The notes under the pieces were generated by a model. It did not search any database. It worked only from the letters and a program-made list of their open reading frames with translations, and was not told the DNA's origin. From sequence record SRR31156797_1360: a stretch of DNA of 64,000 nucleotides, one strand, 5' to 3'. Positions 18,301-26,729 of the stretch are shown here, piece by piece. The position numbers were made by a program, and so were the translations under genes. Position 1 is the stretch's first letter. Each line of letters opens with the position of its first letter.

Positions 18301-18451
18301 TTATTTCAACAAAAATGCGTGGAGCATTCATCTCGGGAAACAAATCAACATTGAGTTTGCCTAAGGAGACATATCCTAATAGCAATATCGCCATAACAAT
18401 CATAGAGACTGTTACCGGGTAATTGACCGAAAATTGCGTTATTTTCTTCAT
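15311..18451 (-). CDS. RND (AcrB/HAE1-like) permease
   Basis: 1046 aa; DLFPEMNAP, GMLVDNAIVVIENIFR, RIRPIIMTSITT. Confidence 0.95.
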   Translation of the reverse strand: MKKITQFSVNYPVTVSMIVMAILLLGYVSLGKLNVDLFPEMNAPRIFVEIKAGERPPEEIEKQFIESIEAQSIRQKGVSQVSSVCMVGSARVTVEYTWGSDMDEAFLDLQKALTTYSQDAEIDEFTITQHDPNASPILILGMLHPEIKDMDELRKVGENYIRNELIRLEGIAEVELTGTQEKEIRIETNQYLLDAHNITVDEIVQKIQNLNQNVSGGSIVEMGTKYIIKGSGLIRNVEEIENVIVGIKQSTANPATSANQTNSQQASIKNRVPILLKDVAKVSFAPKKAQNLVRINGERCVGLSIYKETGSNTVKAVEDFEKTMTSIKKALPGYQFIVVQNQGKFIQKAIDEVEETALIGVLIAILVLFVFLRRMKVTAIVSFAIPISIIATFNLMYFNGLSLNIMTLGGLALGAGMLVDNAIVVIENIFRKMEMGLSVKDAAIEGTSEVGGAIVASTLTTIVVFLPIVYLHGASGALFKDQAWTVAFSLIASLFVAILVIPMLFNYAYKGKKKKIEFKSVKIGWYGDLLTTLLNRRSLVIGGACVLIVLTGLILPYVGNEYLPKSGVGEFSLDIELKEGTQLDRTSQTVEAVESMLRQSMGDQIANIYTQVGPGSGSNSDKAVFQNENTANIKIRLKDEYIAQSESILKNVGILLSDIPNAEISIIRDETALQSTIGTENAPIEVEVKGKDIEILERLSNEIKAQLVQVPDLANVKTNIEEGAPEIDVIIDRYKAGIFNLSTDAITGQLQDMLMGKNAGKFEKGGEMNDISIHMPEPGLSELNTLLLKSGDAEIPLYEVANIKKSSSPKQMLRRNQTRIGKISADIQGDAAFDQVIGKINGKLANVELPQGYQVSLIGEEQKRQEALSNLSFALMLSIILVYMVMASQFESLIHPFTILLTIPLAGVGAVWAFFILGIPMNIMAYIGIIMLGGIAVNDSIILVDAINQFKQQGNSLKDSIVMAGENRIRPIIMTSITTILALLPLTIGFGESAALRAPMAIAVIAGLVTSTLLTLVVIPCVYYAFDRVQTFFLESRKERLNYTKE

Positions 18452-18503
18452 TTTGAATTCTTTTAATCGTGTGAATAAAGCTAAGTCTGTGGAAAAGGAC
18501 CTG

Positions 18504-19553
18504 CTATTTCACAACTTTAATTTTCGATCTGTTTCTTAGCGTTTCAAAGCCTTTAACCACCAATCGATCTTTCTTCTCCAAGCCTGAAATTACCTGAACT
18601 ACATCAGGGTTTTCAAGACCAAACTCAATGATTCTCTCCTCGGCTAATCCTTTGTTCACAACAAATACAGTATGCCCCTTTTGTTTGTTAAGAATTACAT
18701 CCTTAGGAATTACAATTGTAGAATCGGCACTAGCAACAATAATTTCACCTTTGGCAAACATACCTGGGCGAAGCTTTAATTTTGAGTTGTTGATATTCAC
18801 AATGGCTTTAAACGATCTTGTTTCAGAGTCGATCGCCGGCGAAATTTGAGCCAATACTGCTTGTAACGTATCACCTGGAAGAGTGTAATTTACTATTTTA
18901 ACTTCCTGACCAGTTTTAATTGAACCCATATTCTTCTCTGCCAACTGAATTTCCATATGTAGTTTACTGTAATCCATCATGCTTAGCACCGGAGAAGCAG
19001 CTTCAATACGAGTATTTTCAGTATAGTAATTCAGGTTGGTGATAATGCCTGAAAATGGCGCTTGTACTTTCAACTTCGCTAAACGGTATAAAGCATCTTC
19101 GTAAGAATATTTTGCGTTGATTAAATCAATTTCAGCATTTTTCAACTCAGAAAGGGTAACACCTCCTTTTTTATAAAGCGATTGTTGTTTCTCAAATACT
19201 TGCTTAGAAATTTCCAATCTCAGTTCCAAGGATTTGATTTTAATATTGTTCTCGTATTCTTTATCCTCTAAAACAATTACATCGATTCCTTCCTGCACAT
19301 AGTCGCCCAATTCAAATTTCCTGTTGGTTCTCGGATTGATCATCAGGTGGTATTTTCCTCCAACCTCACTCTTTAAATCAACAGTTTTAATCGGATTTAC
19401 AGTACCAGTTGTACTGATGTATTTTTCGATTCCTTTGGGAACAACTTCCTCTACAGATACCTGTACGGCGATATCTTTATTCAATTCGGTATCTTTTTCG
19501 TTACAGGCTGTAAATAAGGCTAAACTAACGATGATAAATGCAATTCGTTTCAT
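18504..19553 (-). CDS. RND periplasmic adaptor (membrane fusion lipoprotein; likely start MKRIAF)
   Basis: Lipobox LFTAC, VQAPFSGII, LRPGMF, ISGLEKKDRLVVKG. Confidence 0.92.
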   Translation of the reverse strand: MKRIAFIIVSLALFTACNEKDTELNKDIAVQVSVEEVVPKGIEKYISTTGTVNPIKTVDLKSEVGGKYHLMINPRTNRKFELGDYVQEGIDVIVLEDKEYENNIKIKSLELRLEISKQVFEKQQSLYKKGGVTLSELKNAEIDLINAKYSYEDALYRLAKLKVQAPFSGIITNLNYYTENTRIEAASPVLSMMDYSKLHMEIQLAEKNMGSIKTGQEVKIVNYTLPGDTLQAVLAQISPAIDSETRSFKAIVNINNSKLKLRPGMFAKGEIIVASADSTIVIPKDVILNKQKGHTVFVVNKGLAEERIIEFGLENPDVVQVISGLEKKDRLVVKGFETLRNRSKIKVVK

Positions 19554-19593
19554 ATTGTAGGCGTTTGTATGGTGTGTCATGATTGTTTATAAA

Positions 19594-21093
19594 TTATTCC
19601 ATTATCAGATTTTCCTGAAGTTCCTGAGGAACAAAAGATCTGTCGTTTTCAAAATCCCAAAGAGATTGAATTTTTAAATTCAGCAATTCAAGCTTGTAAT
19701 TGATCAGGGAGTTAGCCAGGTTCATTTTCTTTTCGGATAACTGGTTCTGGAATCGCTCCAAATCGATACTGGTTAAATCTCCGTTTTTATATCGCTCTAA
19801 ATTAATATCGTAAGTCAATTCAGCATTCTTTTCATTTTGCTTGGCAATGTCTATTTGCTGAATCAAATTCTGTAGGTTTCTATAAATTTTCCTGATATTA
19901 ATTGTAATGTCATCTTTCAAGACATTCTTATCAATTTCACGACTTTCCACTTCCAGCTCGGCAGCTCTTATTCTGGCTTTTCTTTCTCCCCAATCAAAAA
20001 TTGGAATGGAAAAAGTAATTTCTGCTTTAGGACTCTTGGTTGGTCGGTTGTATACATCTGCCAATTTTTCGTTATTTCCCATAATCCCAATCGAAAGACT
20101 TACATTTCCTTTGAATTCATTTACTGCAGAGGTTTGAATCAAATCGAATTTGGCATTGTTTAGGTCAATTTCACGCTGTGTTAATTCCAACCTTTGACTT
20201 AATCCATTTTGGATCGCTTTTTCTAAATTAACAACTACTGGAACATATTTAATATCAGTACTCACAGTAATATCTTCGTAAAGAGAGATTCCCAAAAGCA
20301 ATTTGAATTCGTCTTTTGCATTTTCCAATTCAACCCGATTGTTATCCAAATTGGATTTGCTGGTAGCAAAATTTAACTCAGCCTGATACAATTCTTCTTT
20401 AGCCGACAAACCACCTTCAACCTTACTTGCAATAATATCCTTACTTATTACCTGATTGTCGAATTCCTCCTCGGCAATTTTTAAAGCCATCTGTTTTTGG
20501 TAGATTGAATAAAATGCTTGATTTACTTGTCGCTCCATATTCAACATTTGAATGGAGTAGGCAAGAGTTGCATTTTCAAGATTCAACTCATTGCGGGTTA
20601 AATCCATTTTGGTTTTATTGTAGGTGAATAGCGGCTGATCATACTGCATATAAAGTGAATTGTTATATCCTGAGTAGGAAGAATTACTTGCTTCAGAGTA
20701 GTTATCCTGATAGCCAAATTCATTTCTTAAAGACAATCTACCATCGGTATATTTTATAGGTTGAGAAACAATAAATGTTCCATTTGCTCCTTTATTTTCC
20801 GACGTATTCCATTTTGAAAAATACTCTTCATAGCTTTCTGTTTTGCTATAAGATAATGGAGTTAAATCGAATGAAAATCGGGAACGCAAAGATGCCAACT
20901 GAGCATTCAATTGTTCTTTGTTTTGCATCATATTAATCCTCGATTTTTTAATGTCAGGACTATTTTCAAAAGCAATTAAAAGAGATTCCTCTAAGGTGAT
21001 TTCTTTTTGTGCATTTGCTTTTGTCGAGCTTAAAAATATTGCTCCAATACATATTGCAAGTACAAGTGAGAGCTTTGTTTTGGTAATGATCAT
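19594..21093 (-). CDS. TolC family outer-membrane channel
   Basis: Signal peptide, ITLEESLLIAFENSP, YDQPLFT, FSIPIFDWG, ERYKNG. Confidence 0.92.
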   Translation of the reverse strand: MIITKTKLSLVLAICIGAIFLSSTKANAQKEITLEESLLIAFENSPDIKKSRINMMQNKEQLNAQLASLRSRFSFDLTPLSYSKTESYEEYFSKWNTSENKGANGTFIVSQPIKYTDGRLSLRNEFGYQDNYSEASNSSYSGYNNSLYMQYDQPLFTYNKTKMDLTRNELNLENATLAYSIQMLNMERQVNQAFYSIYQKQMALKIAEEEFDNQVISKDIIASKVEGGLSAKEELYQAELNFATSKSNLDNNRVELENAKDEFKLLLGISLYEDITVSTDIKYVPVVVNLEKAIQNGLSQRLELTQREIDLNNAKFDLIQTSAVNEFKGNVSLSIGIMGNNEKLADVYNRPTKSPKAEITFSIPIFDWGERKARIRAAELEVESREIDKNVLKDDITINIRKIYRNLQNLIQQIDIAKQNEKNAELTYDINLERYKNGDLTSIDLERFQNQLSEKKMNLANSLINYKLELLNLKIQSLWDFENDRSFVPQELQENLIME

Positions 21094-21115
21094 CGCCTAT
21101 AAGTATTTGTATATT

Positions 21116-24100
21116 TTATTTATTTTCTATCCATTTTATTGCATCAGCAAAAAGATAGGGACCTACCGATTTATTTATAAGTTCCACTTTTGCTGTTTCA
21201 GGAGTGATGTAGTAACTACCTAAATAATTCCATCCATTGTCCAACTCCTGATCGGATTTATTCACCTCTTCAAAACCATCTTCATGATAAATTTTAAAGT
21301 TGTAATCCGCTTTGGATTTTCGTTTTCGTCCCCAGTGTTCTACCTTTTCAATATGGCAGTAGATATCGTAATAACCTTTGTTTTTTACTTCTGATTTCCA
21401 ACTGGCAGTTCTTTCTCCTTGTCCGGATTTGGTGAAAAATGCGGATCGCACATATTTTCCAAAGAAACCTGATCGAAGTACATTTTTCCATTCGTTTGGC
21501 GGATTCCAGGTTCTCAATCGCGAATATTCTTCTTCTGATCCTCTTCTTTCATCAACCCATTTTTTCAGTTGACTTTTATTTGATATCTGAACGTATTCGA
21601 ATCCTTTGTCCTCATTGTCCACCACAAATTCATTATCGGCAAGAATTCCTTCGAAAGGAGCAACATCTTTTACTTCATTAAAAAACTGACTCTTTTTGGT
21701 TTCTGAAAAATCACTGAAATCATATATTAAACTGTTGGGTAAATTCTCAGAAATATGTGTGAAAACATTCATTCTTCCGGGTTGAGATGGAAATACAAAA
21801 CCTAACTCTCGAGCTGAATTTGCCGGAATAAAAATAGACTTGGTAAAATCGGGATTTTTATTGCCTTGATTTCTTCTTCCTCGTCTACGATTCTGACCGC
21901 CAGTTTCGATATTTACACTTACGATTCCATCAACCGATTCCGGATTTGAAATCTTAAAACGGATTTGATATTTAATGTGATCGCCATCTTTTACTTTATA
22001 GGTTTCCAGATCTTTAATTAAAAAACCAGGCAGTTTTTTAGTGGTGTACCAATCCTTTACCTCTTCCTCTATTGATGCATCGAAATTGGATTTTATTGCT
22101 TGATCGAATTCATTGAAATCGCTATTTTGAAACTGATGAGTATCAACATAGTTAATAAGGAAATCTGTAAAATCCTTTTCACCATATCGAGCATTTAGTA
22201 AAGAAAACAGATGAGTTCCTTTAGCTCTTAAAACATCATTCACATAAATCTGTTCATCATTGTCATCAGCTTTTTTAACTCTGGCAATCGTAAGTTCCTT
22301 AAGTGTAGATTTCTTTAATTCCAGATTGATTCGTTCTGTTTTACTTATTCCATCGAAACGCCAGCGAGATTGCCTTTGAGTAGTTTCATGCTTTTCTTTT
22401 AAGTAAACTCCTAATGCAAAATTTAATGCCGAATATTCTTTTGAGTTTAAATCGGTTGTAAATGTATAATAATTCGGAAATAGTGAATAGGTGTTTCTAT
22501 CCACATGATCGAATTGATACCATTCCGTTGTTGGAGGCATAAAATTTCCACGAATAAATCGTTTCAGCATTCTTGCTTGTAATTCTTCGTCAGAAACTTC
22601 TTCATTATCACGCTTCATTCTTTTCTCGAAACGATTTCTTCTTCTTTTAAAATCTGTTTCTTCCATTACAACACCTTTTTCAGGATAGAAAATAATCTCT
22701 GGTTGCACTGCATCACTTGCTATAGACCAAATGTGTTTGTCTAAAGCAAATTGAATTGGAACCTCGGCAAGAGAAAATCTTTTAAAAGGATATTCCAAAC
22801 CATGTGTGGTTTCATATTCGTTCTTCAATTCACGAATCAAGCTTGGCAAGCTATCCTGTATGGCATCGAAGTGCTTTAGGAAAAATTCATTTCCTTGAAT
22901 TGAAAATATGGAATAGTCAATAGAATCAACTGTGGTTGTATACTTTTTATAATCACCTATCAACAAACTGATTTGAGGCAGTTTATTTTCAGGGCGAAAC
23001 TCATAAACTCCATCTTCAGTTGTTTTAAGATTTCCTTGTGAAACCGGAACTAAAGAATTCGAAGTATGTACATCAAGGGAATATTGTGTAAAGTCCGGAG
23101 AATGTAAAGTTGGATTTTTCGATGAGTAACCTACTCCTGAAATTGGATACCAAAGCGCTTCATTTGTTAGGCAAACAAAGTCTTCTTGCAGGTATGAATA
23201 CCTCTTGCGGATACGAAACATTTCAGCTGTAAAATTCCCAGTCGCCAATTCTGGATCTTGATCTAAAAAGTGAGTTCTTTCATCAATACCACCTCTGTAG
23301 AAAATATCTAAAATCATTTTCTCATCAGAAATTAAACCTTTAGCAGGAATAATTTTTAACACTTGTAATTCTCGTTTAAACTCAAGATTTTCTCCATTAG
23401 AACTTACTGCGGAAACTTGTAAATCAGGATTTAAACTAAAAATTATTGTATCTATCGATGATTTCGAAGAATTTATTATTTCCAGTTTGGCTTTTACAGA
23501 AATCTCTTCTCCGGTATGCGCTAAATCAATGAAATTTGAAACAACATCAACCTTTGGATGATTTATATACTTATCGTTTATGGTTATTAATTGTTCTCTA
23601 TATTCTTGTCCGCCAATTTTAATATCTAAATATTTTTTAGATAATAGTCCGCCTATAATAAAACAGAATATTGCCAGATAAATTGGTAAGGAAACCAATC
23701 GCTTAGCCTGAGGTAAACGTGGTAGTTTTGAAATGGTAAAAAAGATCAATCCAATCCCTAAAAAGAAATAAATACCGCGATGAATTGCTACCTCAACAAT
23801 ATCTCCAAATCCACTAATTGTAGAATTCATCATTGGAACCTGATAGGCGATATAGTCGAATATATGGTAAAATTTTGTATTGAGATAAAAGATAGTTAGG
23901 GCAATATATCCAAGTAAAATGATAAATGTAATTGCTTGATTTTTCAATACAATCATTAAAAAGAAAGCTAAACCAAGTATGTAAATCAATGTAGGAATAG
24001 ATATCAAAAGTGGATAGTAAAATAATACCCAAATGCTTTTTGATGATTCGTTACTAAGAAAGGAAAAGCCGATTCCCATTAATAATATCAATACATTAAG

Positions 24101-24460
24101 AATAACAAATACCATGATAATTCCGAATGACTTACCGAGAATATATTCACTATTGGTCATCGATCGGGCATAAATCACTTCAACGGTATCATTCTTACTA
24201 TCCTGTTTCAAAAATTCGGAAGCCAGGAATACAGCAACAATAGCTTGTCCTAAATTTAAAATGATCAAATTTGCATATGGAATTGCAGCAGGTATAGCTC
24301 TGTAAAGCCAGGGTGCACCACTGTTTTCGACAAAGGCGGCTATGTTAAAACCAGCAACAAATAAAATGGATAAGCCGGCAAATATTCTAAAAAACCAGGA
24401 TCTTAATAAAGTTCTGGTTTCGTATTTGGCAACCGTGCGTATGGTGTGTAGGGAAATCAT
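21116..24460 (-). CDS. ABC-2-type permease fused to a degenerate M1-aminopeptidase-like domain and C-terminal golvesin/xanthan-lyase-like beta domain
   Basis: N-terminal VAKYETRTLLR, about 7 TM helices, EYILGK; KGTHLF..YGEKDF..DWY resembles the M1 helical region but no HExxH seen; VDNEDKGF...GWNYLGSY...ADAIKW end domain. Confidence 0.7.
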   Translation of the reverse strand: MISLHTIRTVAKYETRTLLRSWFFRIFAGLSILFVAGFNIAAFVENSGAPWLYRAIPAAIPYANLIILNLGQAIVAVFLASEFLKQDSKNDTVEVIYARSMTNSEYILGKSFGIIMVFVILNVLILLMGIGFSFLSNESSKSIWVLFYYPLLISIPTLIYILGLAFFLMIVLKNQAITFIILLGYIALTIFYLNTKFYHIFDYIAYQVPMMNSTISGFGDIVEVAIHRGIYFFLGIGLIFFTISKLPRLPQAKRLVSLPIYLAIFCFIIGGLLSKKYLDIKIGGQEYREQLITINDKYINHPKVDVVSNFIDLAHTGEEISVKAKLEIINSSKSSIDTIIFSLNPDLQVSAVSSNGENLEFKRELQVLKIIPAKGLISDEKMILDIFYRGGIDERTHFLDQDPELATGNFTAEMFRIRKRYSYLQEDFVCLTNEALWYPISGVGYSSKNPTLHSPDFTQYSLDVHTSNSLVPVSQGNLKTTEDGVYEFRPENKLPQISLLIGDYKKYTTTVDSIDYSIFSIQGNEFFLKHFDAIQDSLPSLIRELKNEYETTHGLEYPFKRFSLAEVPIQFALDKHIWSIASDAVQPEIIFYPEKGVVMEETDFKRRRNRFEKRMKRDNEEVSDEELQARMLKRFIRGNFMPPTTEWYQFDHVDRNTYSLFPNYYTFTTDLNSKEYSALNFALGVYLKEKHETTQRQSRWRFDGISKTERINLELKKSTLKELTIARVKKADDNDEQIYVNDVLRAKGTHLFSLLNARYGEKDFTDFLINYVDTHQFQNSDFNEFDQAIKSNFDASIEEEVKDWYTTKKLPGFLIKDLETYKVKDGDHIKYQIRFKISNPESVDGIVSVNIETGGQNRRRGRRNQGNKNPDFTKSIFIPANSARELGFVFPSQPGRMNVFTHISENLPNSLIYDFSDFSETKKSQFFNEVKDVAPFEGILADNEFVVDNEDKGFEYVQISNKSQLKKWVDERRGSEEEYSRLRTWNPPNEWKNVLRSGFFGKYVRSAFFTKSGQGERTASWKSEVKNKGYYDIYCHIEKVEHWGRKRKSKADYNFKIYHEDGFEEVNKSDQELDNGWNYLGSYYITPETAKVELINKSVGPYLFADAIKWIENK

Positions 24461-24466
24461 ATTAGG

Positions 24467-25351
24467 CTAATTTAAGGTCGGTGATTTTTCCATAAAATAA
24501 ACATAGGCGTGTTCCAGATTGGGTTCCAGCTCAATCGCATTTTTAAATTGGCTACCATCACCAATTAATTGCACTTCCCATCCTTCTTGGGTGGGAATTG
24601 TGGAAACTACGGCATATTTATCTTTAATCAGATCGTATTCGTAGCCCGAAGTACTTACCTGCCAAACATGTCCTCTGGCTTGTTCAATTAAGTTTTGCGG
24701 TGATCCCTGAAATGCAACCCGTCCGCTATTTAAAAGTGCCAAATTGTTGCAAACACTCGAAATATCACCAACAATATGAGTAGATAGAATAATGATCACA
24801 TCTTGCTGACTGATTTCAGATAGAATATTTCTGAATCGGATTCTTTCTTCAGGATCCAGTCCTGTTGTAGGCTCATCAACAATCACAATTTTAGGATTGC
24901 CAATTAAGGTTTGGGCGATACCTAATCTTCGTTTCATTCCGCCTGATAACTTATTGGCATCGCGTTCTCGCACATCAAACAAACCAACTTTATCAAGCCA
25001 CTCATCTACTTTTTGTCTTCTTATTTTCTTACTTTTTTCACCAGATAAGGAAGCTGCGTAATCTAAAAATTCCCAGGTTTTTAATTTTGTAAAGAATCTG
25101 AAATCTTGAGGCAGGTAGCCAAGCATACTCCTAATTTCTTTTCGGTTTTTCATTAAATCATAGGAATCGACAGTAACAGAACCTTGGGTAGGCTCCATTA
25201 AGCTTACTAAAATCCTCATTAAACTTGATTTTCCTGCACCATTTGGACCCAGCAATCCAAACATGCCGTTTCCAATTTCAAGATTAACATTATCTAATGC
25301 TTTTTTACCATTAGGATATATCTTACTTAGTTGATTTATATTGATCTGCAT
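24467..25351 (-). CDS. ABC transporter ATP-binding protein
   Basis: GPNGAGKSS, LSGGMKRR, IVIVDEP, STH. Confidence 0.95.
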   Translation of the reverse strand: MQININQLSKIYPNGKKALDNVNLEIGNGMFGLLGPNGAGKSSLMRILVSLMEPTQGSVTVDSYDLMKNRKEIRSMLGYLPQDFRFFTKLKTWEFLDYAASLSGEKSKKIRRQKVDEWLDKVGLFDVRERDANKLSGGMKRRLGIAQTLIGNPKIVIVDEPTTGLDPEERIRFRNILSEISQQDVIIILSTHIVGDISSVCNNLALLNSGRVAFQGSPQNLIEQARGHVWQVSTSGYEYDLIKDKYAVVSTIPTQEGWEVQLIGDGSQFKNAIELEPNLEHAYVYFMEKSPTLN

Positions 25352-25399
25352 TAAAGGCTTCTTATTTAGGTTAGCGCACTATTGGTGTGTAATGCAATG

Positions 25400-25407
25400 C
25401 AAAAGTA
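25400..25407 (-). promoter_or_regulatory. Bacteroidota -7 box TACTTTTG for the transport operon
   Basis: Matches TAnnTTTG about 50 nt upstream of ATG 25351. Confidence 0.5.
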
Positions 25408-25824
25408 ATTGGTTGGTTTCCTATCAAATTTACAATTTATGCTAAACTTTACTCCATTATGTTTCGACTTTTCGATGAAGTTGATAGTTTACACGACCTA
25501 CATAAGATATGAGACAAGATATTAGAAGAAATGGTTACAATTTTTTGCAATTATTCTATGTAAATTATCAAAAAAGTGAAAATCATATTTTAAATATGAA
25601 TCTAAATAGAATCTTCTTATGGTTTTTTAATAGATTATTTTTATGATATATAGTGATGCTTGCCAGCATTTTTATAAATGAAATTGGAGATTTCGCAGAA
25701 TAAGTGCAACGATTTATGAAAATCTCGTTTTGTAAAATTATTGTAAATGCAATTTATTACTATTTAGATTTGAATAAAGTGTTGACATCGTTCGGATAAA
25801 GAGGTAATTTATGCTCTATCACAA

Positions 25825-26232
25825 ATGGAGGATGATGATATGAAGCGGAAGAAAATTTATGATGAAATTGAACAAATGTTTGGATTGGTGCCAACAATGT
25901 TCAAGCTGATTCCGGATAGTACTTTGGAATTGGAATGGAATTTATTTAAAAAATTACAGATTGAAGATGGTGTGATTAATGCTAAAAATCGCGAGCTAAT
26001 AGGACTTTCTATTGCAGCTGTTACCAAGTGCAGATATTGTACATATTTTCATGGTGAGATGGCTAAGTTGAATGGAGCAACAGAAGAAGAACTTGAGGAA
26101 GCAGTACATTTTGCAAAAGCAACTGCTGGTTGGAGTGCTTATGTGAATGGAATGCAGTTGGATTACAATGAATTTACAAAGGAAATTGATTCGGCATGCG
26201 ATCATGTAAGATCATTGCATCTGCAAGATTAG
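25825..26232 (+). CDS. Carboxymuconolactone decarboxylase/AhpD-like protein
   Basis: RELIGLSIAAVTKCRYCTYFH, GATEEELEEA. Confidence 0.9.
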   Translation: MEDDDMKRKKIYDEIEQMFGLVPTMFKLIPDSTLELEWNLFKKLQIEDGVINAKNRELIGLSIAAVTKCRYCTYFHGEMAKLNGATEEELEEAVHFAKATAGWSAYVNGMQLDYNEFTKEIDSACDHVRSLHLQD

Positions 26233-26256
26233 TTAATTTATGAAGACCAATAGTAT

Positions 26257-26288
26257 GGAGGGAATCAAATTTGATTCTCTCCTTTTTT
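26257..26288 (+). terminator. Intrinsic terminator
   Basis: GGAGGGAATC...GATTCTCTCC followed by TTTTTT. Confidence 0.8.
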
Positions 26289-26338
26289 CTGAATTCTATC
26301 TATCTTTATATTGATACAAATAGAAAAGTTTAATTATC

Positions 26339-26683
26339 ATGTTTAAAAAAGATCCTTTAGAGAGAAATGAATTTACTCCTCTTGAATTGTTGCAGGAGAT
26401 GGAGAAGAGGCAAGATATGCTGATGTTGGATGTTCGTGAACCTGTTGAAATTCAAATTTGTCATCTAGAAAATGCTATGCATGTGCCAATGGGGCAAATT
26501 CCTGCAAAATTGGAAGAACTTCCTAAAAATAAAGATCTAGTCGTATTCTGTCATATGGGAGTAAGAAGCAGACAGGTAATGAATTATCTGAAAAAAAATG
26601 GTTTTACTCGCGTGTATAATTTAAAGGGAGGAATTGATCGTTGGTCTATTGAGGTGGATTCTAAAATACAGAGATATAGATAA
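26339..26683 (+). CDS. Single-domain rhodanese-like protein (paralog of 9337..9690)
   Basis: LDVREPVE, FCHMGVRS, NLKGGIDRW. Confidence 0.92.
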   Translation: MFKKDPLERNEFTPLELLQEMEKRQDMLMLDVREPVEIQICHLENAMHVPMGQIPAKLEELPKNKDLVVFCHMGVRSRQVMNYLKKNGFTRVYNLKGGIDRWSIEVDSKIQRYR

Positions 26684-26729
26684 TTAAGATCAATCGAGCC
26701 ACAAAATTATTGTGACTCGATTCATAGAT

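Noticed and set aside
12191-18849. Many short ORFs overlapping the RND and MFP genes
   Set aside because: Antisense or out-of-frame shadows with no recognisable motifs
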